This document shows, piece after piece, positions 1 to 9,390 of a DNA stretch of 32,000 bases. The notes beneath the pieces were generated by a model. That model was not told the origin of the DNA. It saw only the letters and a list, made by a program, of their open reading frames with translations, and searched no databases. How positions within the stretch are numbered: the first letter of the stretch is position 1; each line of letters opens with the position of its first letter. The position numbers were made by a program, and so were the translations under genes. The stretch spans positions 5,460,001 through 5,492,000 of the forward strand of contig NZ_LN831039.1 of the NCBI RefSeq assembly GCF_001457595.1. The letters run 5' to 3'. The DNA comes from Mycolicibacterium smegmatis (GTDB lineage: Bacteria > Actinomycetota > Actinomycetes > Mycobacteriales > Mycobacteriaceae).

Positions 1-1698
1 CAAGAGCAGCCAGTACTCGTCGTCGCCGATCTCGATGGTGGTGTCAGCCTCATCGATGTCGGTGCACGGGTTGGCGCCGGCATGGGCGAGCACCTCACCG
101 GTGCGGCCTCGAAGCAGGCTCACCGAGCGCTGCGCGTAGGTCTCGCGGACCCGTTCGAGCAAGGCACCCGGATCGGCGTCGCGCAGCACTCCGTCGGCGA
201 ACAACGCCAGTAGTTCGGCGTTTTGCGACGCGCGCCGCGCGGCGCGGGAGTGCCGGGCGGTTTGGTCGACCAGGCCGGCAACAGCGATCGCCAGACCCAG
301 CAGCACACCTGTCGTGAGAGCGCTGTCGGCCCCGGCGACCGCGAACGAGTTGCGCGGTTCGATGAGGAAGTAGGTGATCAACACCCCCGAGAGCACCGCC
401 GACAGCGCCGCGCGCGCGATGCCGCCCAGCAGCGCGATCATCAGCACGCCGGCAACGAACAGCGCGGTCTGTGTGCCCACGCCCAGCGGGGGCACGGCCA
501 GTAACAATGCGCAAATCGCCGGTGGGAGCGCCACCGCGGCCAGCCAGCCGGTCACCGATGCGCCGGGGCCGACGCGAGGTTTGGAGATGCCGGTCCCGGC
601 TTCTTCGTGGGTGACGACGTGGACGTCCAGTGGGCCGGACCGTTGCACGACGGTCGCGGTGATGCCCTCGTCGAAGAATCGGGCCAGCCGGGACCGTCGC
701 GACGTGCCGACCACCAATTGCGTGGCGTTGACGTCGCGCGCGAAGTCGATCAACGTGGCCGCGACATCGTCGCCGATGACGGTGTGCAGCGTCGCCCCCA
801 GGCTGGCGGCCAGGTCCCGCAGGACCCGCTTCTGCTGTGCCGAGGTGACCGTCAGACCGTCGCCCCGCACGACGTGCACGACCTTGAGGTCGGCGCCGGT
901 GCGGGAGGCGATCAGCGACGCGCGGCGCACCTGAGTTTCCGACCCGGGGCCGCCGGTCACCCCGACCACCACCCGCTCGCGCGGTTTCCACGTATCGGGA
1001 ATCTTGTTGGCGGACCGGTACTTTTCCAATGCCGCGTCGACCTGGTCCGCCAGCCACAGCAACGCCAACTGCCGCAGCGCGGTCAGGTTCTCGGGCCGGA
1101 AGTAATTGGACAGCGCGGCATCCACACGTTCGCGCGGATAGATGTTTCCGTGGGCAAGTCTACGCCGCAACGCTTCCGGAGTGATGTCCACCAACTCGAT
1201 CTGGTCGGCGGCACGCACCACCTCGTCGGGGATCCGGTCGGGTTCATCGACGCCGGTGATCTGCCCGGCCAGATCGGCCACGCTCTCCAGGTTCTGGATG
1301 TTGACCGTACTGATCACCGTGATCCCGGCGTTGAGCAACTCCTCGACGTCCTGCCAGCGTTTGGGGTTCCTGCTGCCGGGGGCGTTGGTATGGGCGAGGT
1401 CGTCGACCAGGACCACTTTGGGCCGCCGCATGAGCAGCGCCGGCACGTCGATCTCCTGGTACTCGGTCCCCTCGTGCTCCACGATGAGCGGCGGGATGAC
1501 GTCGATGCTTGCGAGCAGTTGGCCGACCTTGCGGCGGCCGTGCGTGTCGACCATGGCCGCGACCACGTCGGTACCACGCTCCATCCGCCGGTGCGCCTCG
1601 GCGAGCATCGAGTACGTCTTGCCGACGCCGGGCGCAGCGCCGAGGTAAATCCGCAGGTCACCTACTTTGCGGCTGAGCAATCCCATACGTGTGTTCAT
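1..1698 (-). CDS. KdpD-like osmosensitive K+ channel sensor histidine kinase paralog, N-terminal part, truncated by window edge
   Basis: Reverse-strand translation from ATG at 1698 (MNTRMGLLSRKVGDLRIYLGAAPGVGKTYSMLAEAHRRMERGTDVVAAMVDTHGR...) is open to the window edge. It has the KdpD Walker A (GAAPGVGKT), the DDLAHTNAPGSRNPKRWQDVEELL block, a USP-like domain and TM segments. It is collinear with the second KdpD at 21587-24121. Missing from the ORF track because it runs off the edge. Confidence 0.9.
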   Translation of the reverse strand, partial: MNTRMGLLSRKVGDLRIYLGAAPGVGKTYSMLAEAHRRMERGTDVVAAMVDTHGRRKVGQLLASIDVIPPLIVEHEGTEYQEIDVPALLMRRPKVVLVDDLAHTNAPGSRNPKRWQDVEELLNAGITVISTVNIQNLESVADLAGQITGVDEPDRIPDEVVRAADQIELVDITPEALRRRLAHGNIYPRERVDAALSNYFRPENLTALRQLALLWLADQVDAALEKYRSANKIPDTWKPRERVVVGVTGGPGSETQVRRASLIASRTGADLKVVHVVRGDGLTVTSAQQKRVLRDLAASLGATLHTVIGDDVAATLIDFARDVNATQLVVGTSRRSRLARFFDEGITATVVQRSGPLDVHVVTHEEAGTGISKPRVGPGASVTGWLAAVALPPAICALLLAVPPLGVGTQTALFVAGVLMIALLGGIARAALSAVLSGVLITYFLIEPRNSFAVAGADSALTTGVLLGLAIAVAGLVDQTARHSRAARRASQNAELLALFADGVLRDADPGALLERVRETYAQRSVSLLRGRTGEVLAHAGANPCTDIDEADTTIEIGDDEYWLLL

Positions 1699-1802
1699 CC
1701 CCCTGGCCGTCGGTCCACGCGGGGCGCGGATCACGGTGGACGTTTGCCCCATTGTCGTCGGGGCGGATCAGCGACCACGGTCGAACGGCGAAATTCGTGG
1801 TC

Positions 1803-2828
1803 TCATGGGTACGCCCTGAACTCGTCGGCGAAGGAATCTTCGGTGAATCGAACGACCTGCTGGCGCGCGCGGTTGACGACCGTACGGAAAACATCGGGAC
1901 GGGTGTAATGGCCGGTGGGATCGAAGTTGAGCCGCTCGGCGTACACCCGGTCGAGATCCAGTTCGGCGACGATCACACCCTCTTCATCCGCCAGCGGCGG
2001 GATCAGCCACTGGCCGTCTGGTCCCGCTATGGCACTGCCACCGTCGAAAACAACGGTGTCCGATGCCTGTCGCAGTTCGGCGGCAAGCGGGAAATCGTCG
2101 GGAATCGAATCAGCGGTCACCAACCCGGATGCGGCGACAGTGAACATTCGTCCCTCGGCAGCGACGAATCGCGTGATATCGCCCGTCAGCTTGGCCGACC
2201 CAGGCCATGTTGCGACGTGCACCGTCTCGCCCTGGGCATACAAGGCGGTGCGTGCCTGAGGCATCCAGTTCTCCCAGCAGTTGAGGCTGCCGACGACGGC
2301 TTTACCCACAGGGTGGGTTACCAGGCCTGCACCGTCCCCCTGCCCCCAGACCAAGCGTTCATCGTAGGTGGGCACCAGTTTTCGGTGATGTCCCACCAGA
2401 CCGCGCCGCGGATCGATGGTCAGGAGGGTGCACCAGACGGTACCCCGCCCCAGGCCGCGACCACGTTCAGTGACTCCGACGATCATGGTGAGCCCGAGAT
2501 CGGCGGCGAGCGTCTCCATCTCACGGTGTTCGGGCCCACCGATCTCGATCGCGGCATCCAGATAGTAGGCGTAGCAGCGTTTCTGGTCGGGATGGTCGAA
2601 CAGAGCTCCCTGCGTGCGTGACGGCCAGAACGGGTAGCCCGACAGGTAGGTTTCCGGATAGGCGATCAATGATGCGCCGGCATCGGCTGCGACGTGCGCG
2701 GCCTCTGCGATCAACGCCAATCGCGCCGCGGGTTGGAGCCATGGACCGCCGAGTTGAGCCGCCGCGACAGTGATCGTATTGGGCCCTATTTGTGGTTCGC
2801 GGTGCTCGGCAATGATTTTCAAAGGCAT
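1803..2828 (-). CDS. nitrilase / carbon-nitrogen hydrolase family protein
   Basis: 341 aa with YPETYLSGYPFWP, KLVPTYDERLVWGQGD and catalytic VGSLNCWENWMPQARTALYAQGE, typical of nitrilases. Confidence 0.88.
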   Translation of the reverse strand: MPLKIIAEHREPQIGPNTITVAAAQLGGPWLQPAARLALIAEAAHVAADAGASLIAYPETYLSGYPFWPSRTQGALFDHPDQKRCYAYYLDAAIEIGGPEHREMETLAADLGLTMIVGVTERGRGLGRGTVWCTLLTIDPRRGLVGHHRKLVPTYDERLVWGQGDGAGLVTHPVGKAVVGSLNCWENWMPQARTALYAQGETVHVATWPGSAKLTGDITRFVAAEGRMFTVAASGLVTADSIPDDFPLAAELRQASDTVVFDGGSAIAGPDGQWLIPPLADEEGVIVAELDLDRVYAERLNFDPTGHYTRPDVFRTVVNRARQQVVRFTEDSFADEFRAYP

Positions 2829-2873
2829 GTGTACTGACGCCTCGCTGGCTTGGTCCGACGATGAGCACCTCTG

Positions 2874-4307
2874 TCAGAAGACTTCGAAGTACTCACGCTG
2901 CTCCCAATCCGTGACGTAGGCGTTGAACCTCGAGATCTCGTTCTTCTTCACCGTGGTCAGGTAGTCGACGAACATGTCCCCCAGTTCGCGGCGCATCACG
3001 GCGCTGCTCTCGAAGTGACCAACCGCCTCTTCGAGAGTGGCAGGCAACAGCGGCACATCGGCGGTGTACGCCTCGTCGGCGGACGGGCCGGGTTCGAGTT
3101 TGCGGGCGATGCCGTCGCGGCCACCGATCAACTGGGAGGCCATGTACAGGTACGGGTTGGCCGCGGGTTCACCGATCCTGTTTTCCAGGTGGGTGGAATT
3201 GTCCCCGCGCGCGCCAGAGATGCGAATCATCGCACCGCGGTTCTCTTCGGCCCACGCGATGCGGTCGGGGGCAAAGGAATTGGCGATATAACGCTTGTAC
3301 CCGTTGATGGTCGGCGTGGTGAGCACCGAACTGGCCTTCGCGTGCTCCAAGAGACCAGCCATGTAGTGCATGGCCGTGTCGGACAGCAGCTTTCCGTCTT
3401 CGCCTGGGAAGATGTTGGCTTGTCCTGCAGCACCCAGGGACTGGTGCAGATGCCATCCGCTCGACACGATGTTCGGAAACGCCGGGCGCGACATGAACGT
3501 GGCGTGGTACCCGTGTCTGCGGCAGATCTGCTTGATGGCGCTGCGGATGAGCAACACGTTGTCGGCAGTCTCGACGCCCACCAGCGGATCGAAGGACATC
3601 TCGACCTGTCCTGGGCCCCATTCGTCCTCCACCGTGGCCAACGGCATTCCGAGCGCGACGATGTGGTCCCGGAGGATGGACAGGATGTGGTCAATCTCGT
3701 CGCCACGGTTCTCGGTGAGGTACTGATACCCGTGCGAGAGCGCCGTCACCTCGGGTGCCGCCGGCGGCCATCCCGAATCCACGAAGCTCAGCTTGGGGTC
3801 GACGAGTCGGGTGATGTAGAACTCGAGCTCGGCGCCGGTGGTGAAGCTGAAACCTTCCGCCTCAAGCTTGGCCAGCTGGGTCTTCAGGACCCCGCGCGTG
3901 TCGAACGGTACGCGTTCGCCGCTGCGGTAGTACATCTCCGAGAGCACCCAGCCCGTCCGGTCGGCCCACGGAAGGACCCGAAACGTCGTCGGATCCGGAA
4001 CCAGAACCGCGTCGGGTAGACCGGTCAGCCTCTTATCACCGAACCCGTCGGCTTCGAAGGGCGGCACCACGGGGTTGTTGGTGCTGTCGAAGATCAGTGT
4101 TGCGGTCTGGAAGTCCTTGCCCTCCTTGAGCGCCGAGCGAAACGCATCGACCTCGAGGGTCTTGCCCCTCAGGATGCCGTGCTGGTCACCCCAGCTGATA
4201 CGGACCTGACGCAGGTTCAGGTCGTCGAGCTGGGCGACCAGCTTGGCGGCCGCCTCCTCTTGATGCTGCGTCCACAATCCGTTGGCCGCAATGAATGACG
4301 AGCCCAT
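2874..4307 (-). CDS. glutamine synthetase family protein (gamma-glutamyl-amine/GlnA-like)
   Basis: ORF 2874..4424 contains GAELEFYI, SMEMSFDPL-like VEMSFDPLVG, SSGWHLHQSL, NGYKRYIANSFAP and ENRIGEPAANPYLYMASQL. Start at 4307 (MGSSFIAANG...) is preferred because a GGAAGG-type RBS lies directly upstream. Confidence 0.88.
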   Translation of the reverse strand: MGSSFIAANGLWTQHQEEAAAKLVAQLDDLNLRQVRISWGDQHGILRGKTLEVDAFRSALKEGKDFQTATLIFDSTNNPVVPPFEADGFGDKRLTGLPDAVLVPDPTTFRVLPWADRTGWVLSEMYYRSGERVPFDTRGVLKTQLAKLEAEGFSFTTGAELEFYITRLVDPKLSFVDSGWPPAAPEVTALSHGYQYLTENRGDEIDHILSILRDHIVALGMPLATVEDEWGPGQVEMSFDPLVGVETADNVLLIRSAIKQICRRHGYHATFMSRPAFPNIVSSGWHLHQSLGAAGQANIFPGEDGKLLSDTAMHYMAGLLEHAKASSVLTTPTINGYKRYIANSFAPDRIAWAEENRGAMIRISGARGDNSTHLENRIGEPAANPYLYMASQLIGGRDGIARKLEPGPSADEAYTADVPLLPATLEEAVGHFESSAVMRRELGDMFVDYLTTVKKNEISRFNAYVTDWEQREYFEVF

Positions 4308-4333
4308 AAGGCCTTCCCGTTCGTCGTGATCAG

Positions 4334-4387
4334 GTGATCTGATCTCTTGATGCCAGTAACGCGACAGTGTGTTGGTGATCTGATCAC
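4334..4387. promoter_or_regulatory. candidate GntR/FadR-type operator pair (GTGATC-T-GATCNC)
   Basis: GTGATCTGATCTC at 4334-4346 and the perfect palindrome GTGATCTGATCAC at 4375-4387 lie between the GntR gene and the glutamine-synthetase-family gene. Confidence 0.45.
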
Positions 4388-4450
4388 TGAACCGTAACAG
4401 CTCTGGAGGGCTCCGTCGCGACAAACTTCCAGAACCGGGGTGCGGGAGCG

Positions 4451-5149
4451 TCAGCGCCGGACGAGTTCGTCGGTGGTCCCCACGAGGTGGGCAAGCATCT
4501 TGTTCGCCGCATCGGCGGCGTCGCCCGCGCGGATCGCTTCCACCACGCCCCTGTGCTCTTCGAGGGAACGCGCCGGCTGACCTGGTCTGGTCAGCGACGT
4601 CTCCGAAGTCCGGTCCAGCGCCACACGCAGCCCCTTGAGCAGCCGCAGCAGGAGCGGATTGTGCGCGGCGACAGCGACGCCGAGATGAAAACGCCGGTCA
4701 CCCTCCAGCCCGGGCAGCCCCTTCTCGACCTCCGCTCGCATCTGATCGAGAGAGGCATCCAGCTCACGCAGGTCATCGTCAGTGGCGTGAACTGCAGCCA
4801 GCCTGGCGCACTGCGTCTCCAGCGCCTGTCGCGTCTCCCATATGTAGGGGTGGTCGACGTGAGTCTCCACGAGTTCGGTGGCCAGTGACTCGATGACGTC
4901 CTCTGGCCGTTGCAACAGATAGATGCCGTCGCCGTGCCGAACCTCGACGATGCGCTGCGCGCGCAGAGCGTTGACGGCTTCGCGGATCGACGACCGACCG
5001 ACCTGCAGTTCCGCCGCCAAGTCGCGGACATTGGCCAGCTTGTCTCCGGGTTGCATACCGCTGGTGTCGATGAATTCGCGCAGACGATCGGCGACTTGTT
5101 CGTACAGCGGTCGCCTGTCCACTCGGCCGAACTGGCCCGTCATCGGCAC
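4451..5149 (-). CDS. FadR-subfamily GntR transcriptional regulator
   Basis: 232 aa. N-terminal wHTH (YEQVADRLREFIDTSGMQPGDKLANVRDLAAELQVGRSSIREAVNALRAQRIVEVRHGDGIYLL) plus an FCD-like helical C-terminal domain. Confidence 0.9.
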   Translation of the reverse strand: MPMTGQFGRVDRRPLYEQVADRLREFIDTSGMQPGDKLANVRDLAAELQVGRSSIREAVNALRAQRIVEVRHGDGIYLLQRPEDVIESLATELVETHVDHPYIWETRQALETQCARLAAVHATDDDLRELDASLDQMRAEVEKGLPGLEGDRRFHLGVAVAAHNPLLLRLLKGLRVALDRTSETSLTRPGQPARSLEEHRGVVEAIRAGDAADAANKMLAHLVGTTDELVRR

Positions 5150-5247
5150 CTCCCTGTCACCTGTTCATCTGGTCGTCAGATCTCCAGTTTGGCAGACCGA
5201 GACTCAGACCCGGAGTGGCATCCGTGGAGTCCGGTGCGGTACAAAGG

Positions 5248-5643
5248 TCAGCCCGCTGGGCCCTCATTGGTCAATAGCAGAGTCGCCTCGTCATAGGGAA
5301 ACGCTCGATAGAGCAGTCGGGAATGCGGTGCCACGAGGGCGGCGGCGTCGGCCTTGCTCACGACCCGTGGGTTGCCGAGGTCAATGGCCCGCCCACGCTT
5401 GTGCAGCACCGCATGTCCGCGCGCCAGCACGTTCTTCAGCCAGTCCGTCTGCGGGCCGTAGCCGACGAGAATGGCGTAGCCATCATGGGTTTCGAACACC
5501 AGAAGGGGCGTTCGATATCGCCTCCCCGATTTCCGCCCGACGTGTTCGAGCGTCCCGAGGTACGGAAGCCACGGTGTGATCGCGCGCGCCGCCGGGTTGG
5601 TGACGCGCTTGTTGAACTCTGCGACTTGTCGAGGCACGCGCAT
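5248..5643 (-). CDS. nitroreductase family deazaflavin-dependent oxidoreductase (Ddn-like)
   Basis: 131 aa. LEHVGRKSGRRYRTPLLVFETHDGYAILVGYGPQTDWLKNVLARG matches the mycobacterial DDN/F420-binding family pattern. Confidence 0.8.
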   Translation of the reverse strand: MRVPRQVAEFNKRVTNPAARAITPWLPYLGTLEHVGRKSGRRYRTPLLVFETHDGYAILVGYGPQTDWLKNVLARGHAVLHKRGRAIDLGNPRVVSKADAAALVAPHSRLLYRAFPYDEATLLLTNEGPAG

Positions 5644-5673
5644 GCTCGGAGTCTAGGTATCGGTCGGAGTGGG

Positions 5674-5747
5674 TGCCCCCAGTCGGACTCGAACCGACAC
5701 TTGGCGGATTTTAAGTCCGCTGCCTCTGCCAATTGGGCTATGGGGGC
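5674..5747 (-). tRNA. tRNA with anticodon UAA (Leu by codon), 74 nt, short variable loop, CCA not encoded
   Basis: GCCCCCA-TA-GCC...GGC-A-GCGGA CTTAAAA TCCGC-CAAGT-GTCGG TTCGAGT CCGAC-TGGGGGC-A. Perfect 7-bp acceptor, 5-bp anticodon and 5-bp T stems. Confidence 0.93.
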
Positions 5748-6020
5748 GTCGCCGCTCAGAGGCTACTTCATGCGTCTCGGACGGTCCCCAGATGACTCAA
5801 CTGGCGACTACGCCCACATGGCACGGCGGCCCGTCCCCCGGGTCCTCGGGCACGTCCGCGCCGATGTCAGCGATCGGAAAATGGGCAAAGCATCGGAAAC
5901 CCTGCAAATAATTACTGCGTAGTCAATACTCCCGTTAGCAATAATCCGGCGAACTAAAAAGCACTCGGTCCATCTCGTGGGTTGCGGTTGGTCAGCTTGC
6001 CTCCGAATCGATGTTGGGGA

Positions 6021-6046
6021 CTCTCCCTGACTCCTTGCAGGGAGAG
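6021..6046 (+). promoter_or_regulatory. perfect 9-bp hairpin overlapping the apparent ribosome binding site of the PGRS-like gene
   Basis: CTCTCCCTG (6021-6029), loop ACTCCTTG, CAGGGAGAG (6038-6046). It ends 5 nt before the GTG at 6052. Confidence 0.5.
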
Positions 6047-6051
6047 ATGCC

Positions 6052-8500
6052 GTGGCAGTCGCTGGTACCGACAACCGTCCTGACCGCTCGCAGTCGCAGG
6101 CAGCATTGGGCAGGCATGCCCGCTACGTAGGCCGGGTCGGGGCACTGGCGGTCGCGCTGGGGATCGGTCTCGCGCTCGGCTCGGCAGCCGTGGCGTCCGC
6201 CGACACCGGTGAGACTACGAGTTCCGACACCTCGACCGACGGCGCGAAGGCCGATCGGGCTGACTCGGCGGGCTCCGGCGGCCCGGCGGCCACGAAGGTC
6301 GGCCCGCCCCGGTTTGGCGCCGGAGCCAAAAAGCTGCGTTCTGGCAAATTCTCAGATTCCCTGGCCGGCCACAGCGCAGCTGCGGGCGACGAATCCAGCA
6401 AGCCGGAAGTCGGCACAGATGGTGCAGCCGCCTCGACCGGATCGACATCCAAGTCGCGAGCCACGACATCGAGAACCACCCGCAAGTACGCCGAGCCGGA
6501 TCGTCCTCGCGGGCACCGTGCCGGTTCCCCCAGCCGATCCCAGCGGTCCGCTCCCGACACCGATGCGGCGAAGGACACCACGCAGACGGACTCGTCGGCA
6601 TCCAGGCCGACACCCCAAGCACCGACCGCCGGCACCACCGGGAAGAAACCCCCGGCCTCCAGCCCGATTTCCCTTGCGCCCAAAGAGCGCAACGTGGCCG
6701 TCGAGGCACCCGCGGTCAGCAACGACAACCAGTTCTCGGCAGCCGCCCTTGACATCACGACAACGGGGTCACCCGCGTCCAGCCCCACTCCCCAGCCCAA
6801 AGGGTCGGCGACGTTCCTGATCCCGCTGCAGCGGTCAACAACTTCATCCTGCTGTTCATCGGAAACGGCACCGCTACTCACCCCGATGCCGGACTGCTGA
6901 TCGGCAACGGCTTCAGCTACACCGCGGAAACCTGCCCTGACGGAAAAGTGTGCAACGGCGGCCGAAGCGGCTTGATCGGTGCGGGCGGTGCCGGATTCAA
7001 CGGCGGCACAGGCGGATCGACGCTCCTGTTCGGCAACGGCGGCGCAGGCGGGTCCGGGGTCGCCTGGGCGAACAGCGGTAACGGAGGCCACGGCGGCCAC
7101 GGAGGTCTCTTCCTGGGGACCGGCGGCGACGGTGGTGCTGGAGCCGCCGGGGTCGCAGGTGTGAACGGTGGCGACGGCGGTGCGGGCGGAAGAGGCGGGA
7201 ACAGCGGGGCTTTCGCGTTGTTCGCCCAAGCCGGCAACGGCGGGGCCGGCGGCGCGGGGGCGAACGGCGGCAACGGAGCGACGACGACTGAGTCGGGCGC
7301 GTCAGGTGCGGCAGGGATTGCCGGTGGACGCGGCGGAAACGGCGGAAACGGCGGCAGCGTAGGCCTGTTCGCGATCTTCGCCACCGCAGGCGCAGGCGGT
7401 GCAGGCGGGGCAGGTGGCAACGGCGGCAACGGCGGGGACGGCGTTCACGGAACGACCGCGACCACCGCAGGCGAGGCGGGCGGCGCCGGTGGTAACGGCG
7501 GCGACGGCGGGGCCGGAGGCCAGGGCGGTGACGGCGGGGCCGGTGGACGAGGACCCCTGATCGTCTTGCGCGCCGGCCGAGCCGGTGATGGCGGCGACGG
7601 CGGCGACGGCGGCGCGGCCGGCAGTCCAGGCAACGGGGGCGCGGGCGCGCACGGTGACGCCGGCCATCTTGACGGCGGGGCCGGCGGCAGTGACGGCAAC
7701 AGCGGCGCGGCCGGCAGCGGCGGCACCGGCGGCAGCGGCACGGTTGGCGGCGCCAACGGTGTTGGTGGCGCCTCCGTTACCGCGGCGGGAGGCCATGGCG
7801 GACGCGGCGGCGACGGCCACAGCACCACCGATGCCGGGATCGACGGCGGACGCGGTGGAAACGGCGGTGACGGCGGCAATCTCGGCAACGGTGGAGACGC
7901 GGCAATGGCGGCACCGCCGAGCAATACGGCTACGGCAATGCGACCGCAGGTAAAGGCGGCAACGGCGGCGACGGGGGCCTGAGCTCGGGGGGCGGCGGCA
8001 ACGGCGGCGGCGCCTACATCCACAACTCCGAGTCCACCGGCACCGCGACCGCAGGCACCGGCGGCAACGGTGGTGCCGTCGATTACAGCTGGAACAACGA
8101 ACAGGGTGGCCACGGTGGTGCGGGCGGCAACGCGGAAAACGCAGGCACCGGATCGGCGCTGGGCGGCGGAGGCGGCAACGGTGGCACCATCATCCGCAAC
8201 ACAAGCGGGTCGCGTGGCGGCGACGGTGGGACCGGCGGCAAGGCCGCCTCTGGTGGCACCGCAACCGCCGGCGCGGGCGGCAACGGCGGCAACGGATTCA
8301 TCGGCGGAAATGGTGGAAGCGGTGGCGACGCACTCGTTTTCGACATCACGTCCACCGACGACGCGACCGGTGGGGATGGCGGAAACGGCGGCTTCGGTAC
8401 GTCCGGTGCCAACGGCGTCGGGGGCGGGGGCGGCAGCGCCACCAACTACGGATCCGGAGCGGCGACTGACGGTGCCGACGGTGCGAATGGTTCCCTTTAG
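6052..8500 (+). pseudogene. secreted PGRS-like glycine-rich repeat protein, interrupted by two frame changes
   Basis: Frame 1 (6052-~6803) encodes ARYVGRVGALAVALGIGLALGSAAVASADT plus a Ser/Pro-rich region. The reading continues in another frame with [37 protein letters not shown]...GGxGG repeats (~6804-7901). It continues in a third frame [23 protein letters not shown]...GADGANGSL* to the TAG at 8498-8500. Each junction is a -1 shift. Confidence 0.7.
6984..8490 (+). repeat. PGRS-type (Gly-Gly-X)n coding repeat tract
   Basis: Dense GGC-GGN / AACGGCGGC repeats giving GGxGGxGG translation across the region. Confidence 0.85.
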
Positions 8501-8522
8501 CGCCTGAAGTCGGCGGATGCGC

Positions 8523-9296
8523 TCACATCGGCAGCACGGCGGTCCGTCCCCCGTCGACCGCGATCGCCGCACCCTGGATGTAGGACGCAGCCGGGGAGAT
8601 GAGAAACCGGATGACCTCGGCGACTTCCTCGGGTTCGGCGCCACGGCGGGCGGGCACGGTCTCGACGAACGGCCCGTAGCCGTCGCGGAAAGCCTCGTTG
8701 GCCGGGGTGATCACAAAGCCGGGGTTCACGGTGTTGACCCGGACGCCGCGCGGACCGTACTCCGCGGTCCAGGATTTCGTGAGCATGTCCAGCGCGGCCT
8801 TGGAGGCCTGGAAGATCGCAACACCGGACGCCGCGAGATCGGCGCTGATGGAGCCGACGTTGACGATCGCCCCACCACCGCGCTGCGCCATCAACGGGGC
8901 GAGCGCCGCGGTGAGGATGAACGGCCCTTTGACGTGCACCTTGAAGGCGACGTCGAACATGTCGTCGGTGGTGTCTTCCGTGGCCGCGAAGGTGCCGCCG
9001 CCCGCGTTGTTCACCAGGACGTCGATCACGCCGCCCGCCACCTCGAGAGCGTCCGTGGCCAGCGTGCGCACCGCGGCCGTATCGCTGAGATCGGCCGTGA
9101 GCGCCAGCGCGGTACCGCCGTCGGTGGTGATGCGGTCGACGACTTCCCCGGCCCGCGCTTCATCGCGTCCGCTCACGATCACGGAGTAACCGTCCCGCGC
9201 CAACAGCAATGCGGTCTCCCGCCCGATCCCACTCGTCGAGCCGGTGACCAACGCCCATCCACGCGGTGCCGCGCTCTCCTCGGTGTGTGACATCAC
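8523..9296 (-). CDS. SDR family oxidoreductase
   Basis: ALVTGSTSGIGRETALLLARDGY, LVNNAGGGTF, YIQGAAIAVDGG; 257 aa. Confidence 0.88.
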   Translation of the reverse strand: MMSHTEESAAPRGWALVTGSTSGIGRETALLLARDGYSVIVSGRDEARAGEVVDRITTDGGTALALTADLSDTAAVRTLATDALEVAGGVIDVLVNNAGGGTFAATEDTTDDMFDVAFKVHVKGPFILTAALAPLMAQRGGGAIVNVGSISADLAASGVAIFQASKAALDMLTKSWTAEYGPRGVRVNTVNPGFVITPANEAFRDGYGPFVETVPARRGAEPEEVAEVIRFLISPAASYIQGAAIAVDGGRTAVLPM

Positions 9297-9390
9297 GTCG
9301 CCTCTCTGGAGTAGTTCTCCATGTACAACGACGCCACAAACTGTTGCCTTCGCCCACCCGATTCACCGGCAGCGACGAGCATCCGATCGA

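Noticed and set aside
607-1908. 433-aa plus-strand ORF (and 95..1057, 1142..1648)
   Set aside because: Antisense to the clear KdpD-like coding sequence; low-complexity Arg/Gly/Asp-rich translation typical of high-GC shadow ORFs.
1689-2621. 310-aa plus-strand ORF over the nitrilase
   Set aside because: Antisense shadow; the opposite strand has unambiguous nitrilase motifs.
3015-4019. 334-aa plus-strand ORF
   Set aside because: Antisense shadow of the glutamine-synthetase-family gene with no recognisable motifs.
5674-5747. tRNA as an integration site for a mobile element
   Set aside because: No integrase, no visible tRNA 3'-end direct repeat and no other element genes were recognised nearby.
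6750-6810. Programmed -1 frameshift (slippery heptamer) in the PGRS-like gene
   Set aside because: The CCC AAA GGG context does not fit the canonical X XXY YYZ frame arrangement, so mutation or sequence error is the simpler explanation.
6123-7229. 368-aa minus-strand ORF over the PGRS-like gene
   Set aside because: Antisense of GC-skewed repetitive coding; composition explained by the repeats.
6984-8490. Possible CRISPR or tandem-repeat array
   Set aside because: No fixed-length direct repeats with unique spacers; repetition is codon-level Gly-Gly-X of a PGRS protein.
7445-8644. 399-aa minus-strand Pro-rich ORF
   Set aside because: Complement of (GGC)n codons necessarily yields Pro/Ala runs; not independent evidence for a gene.
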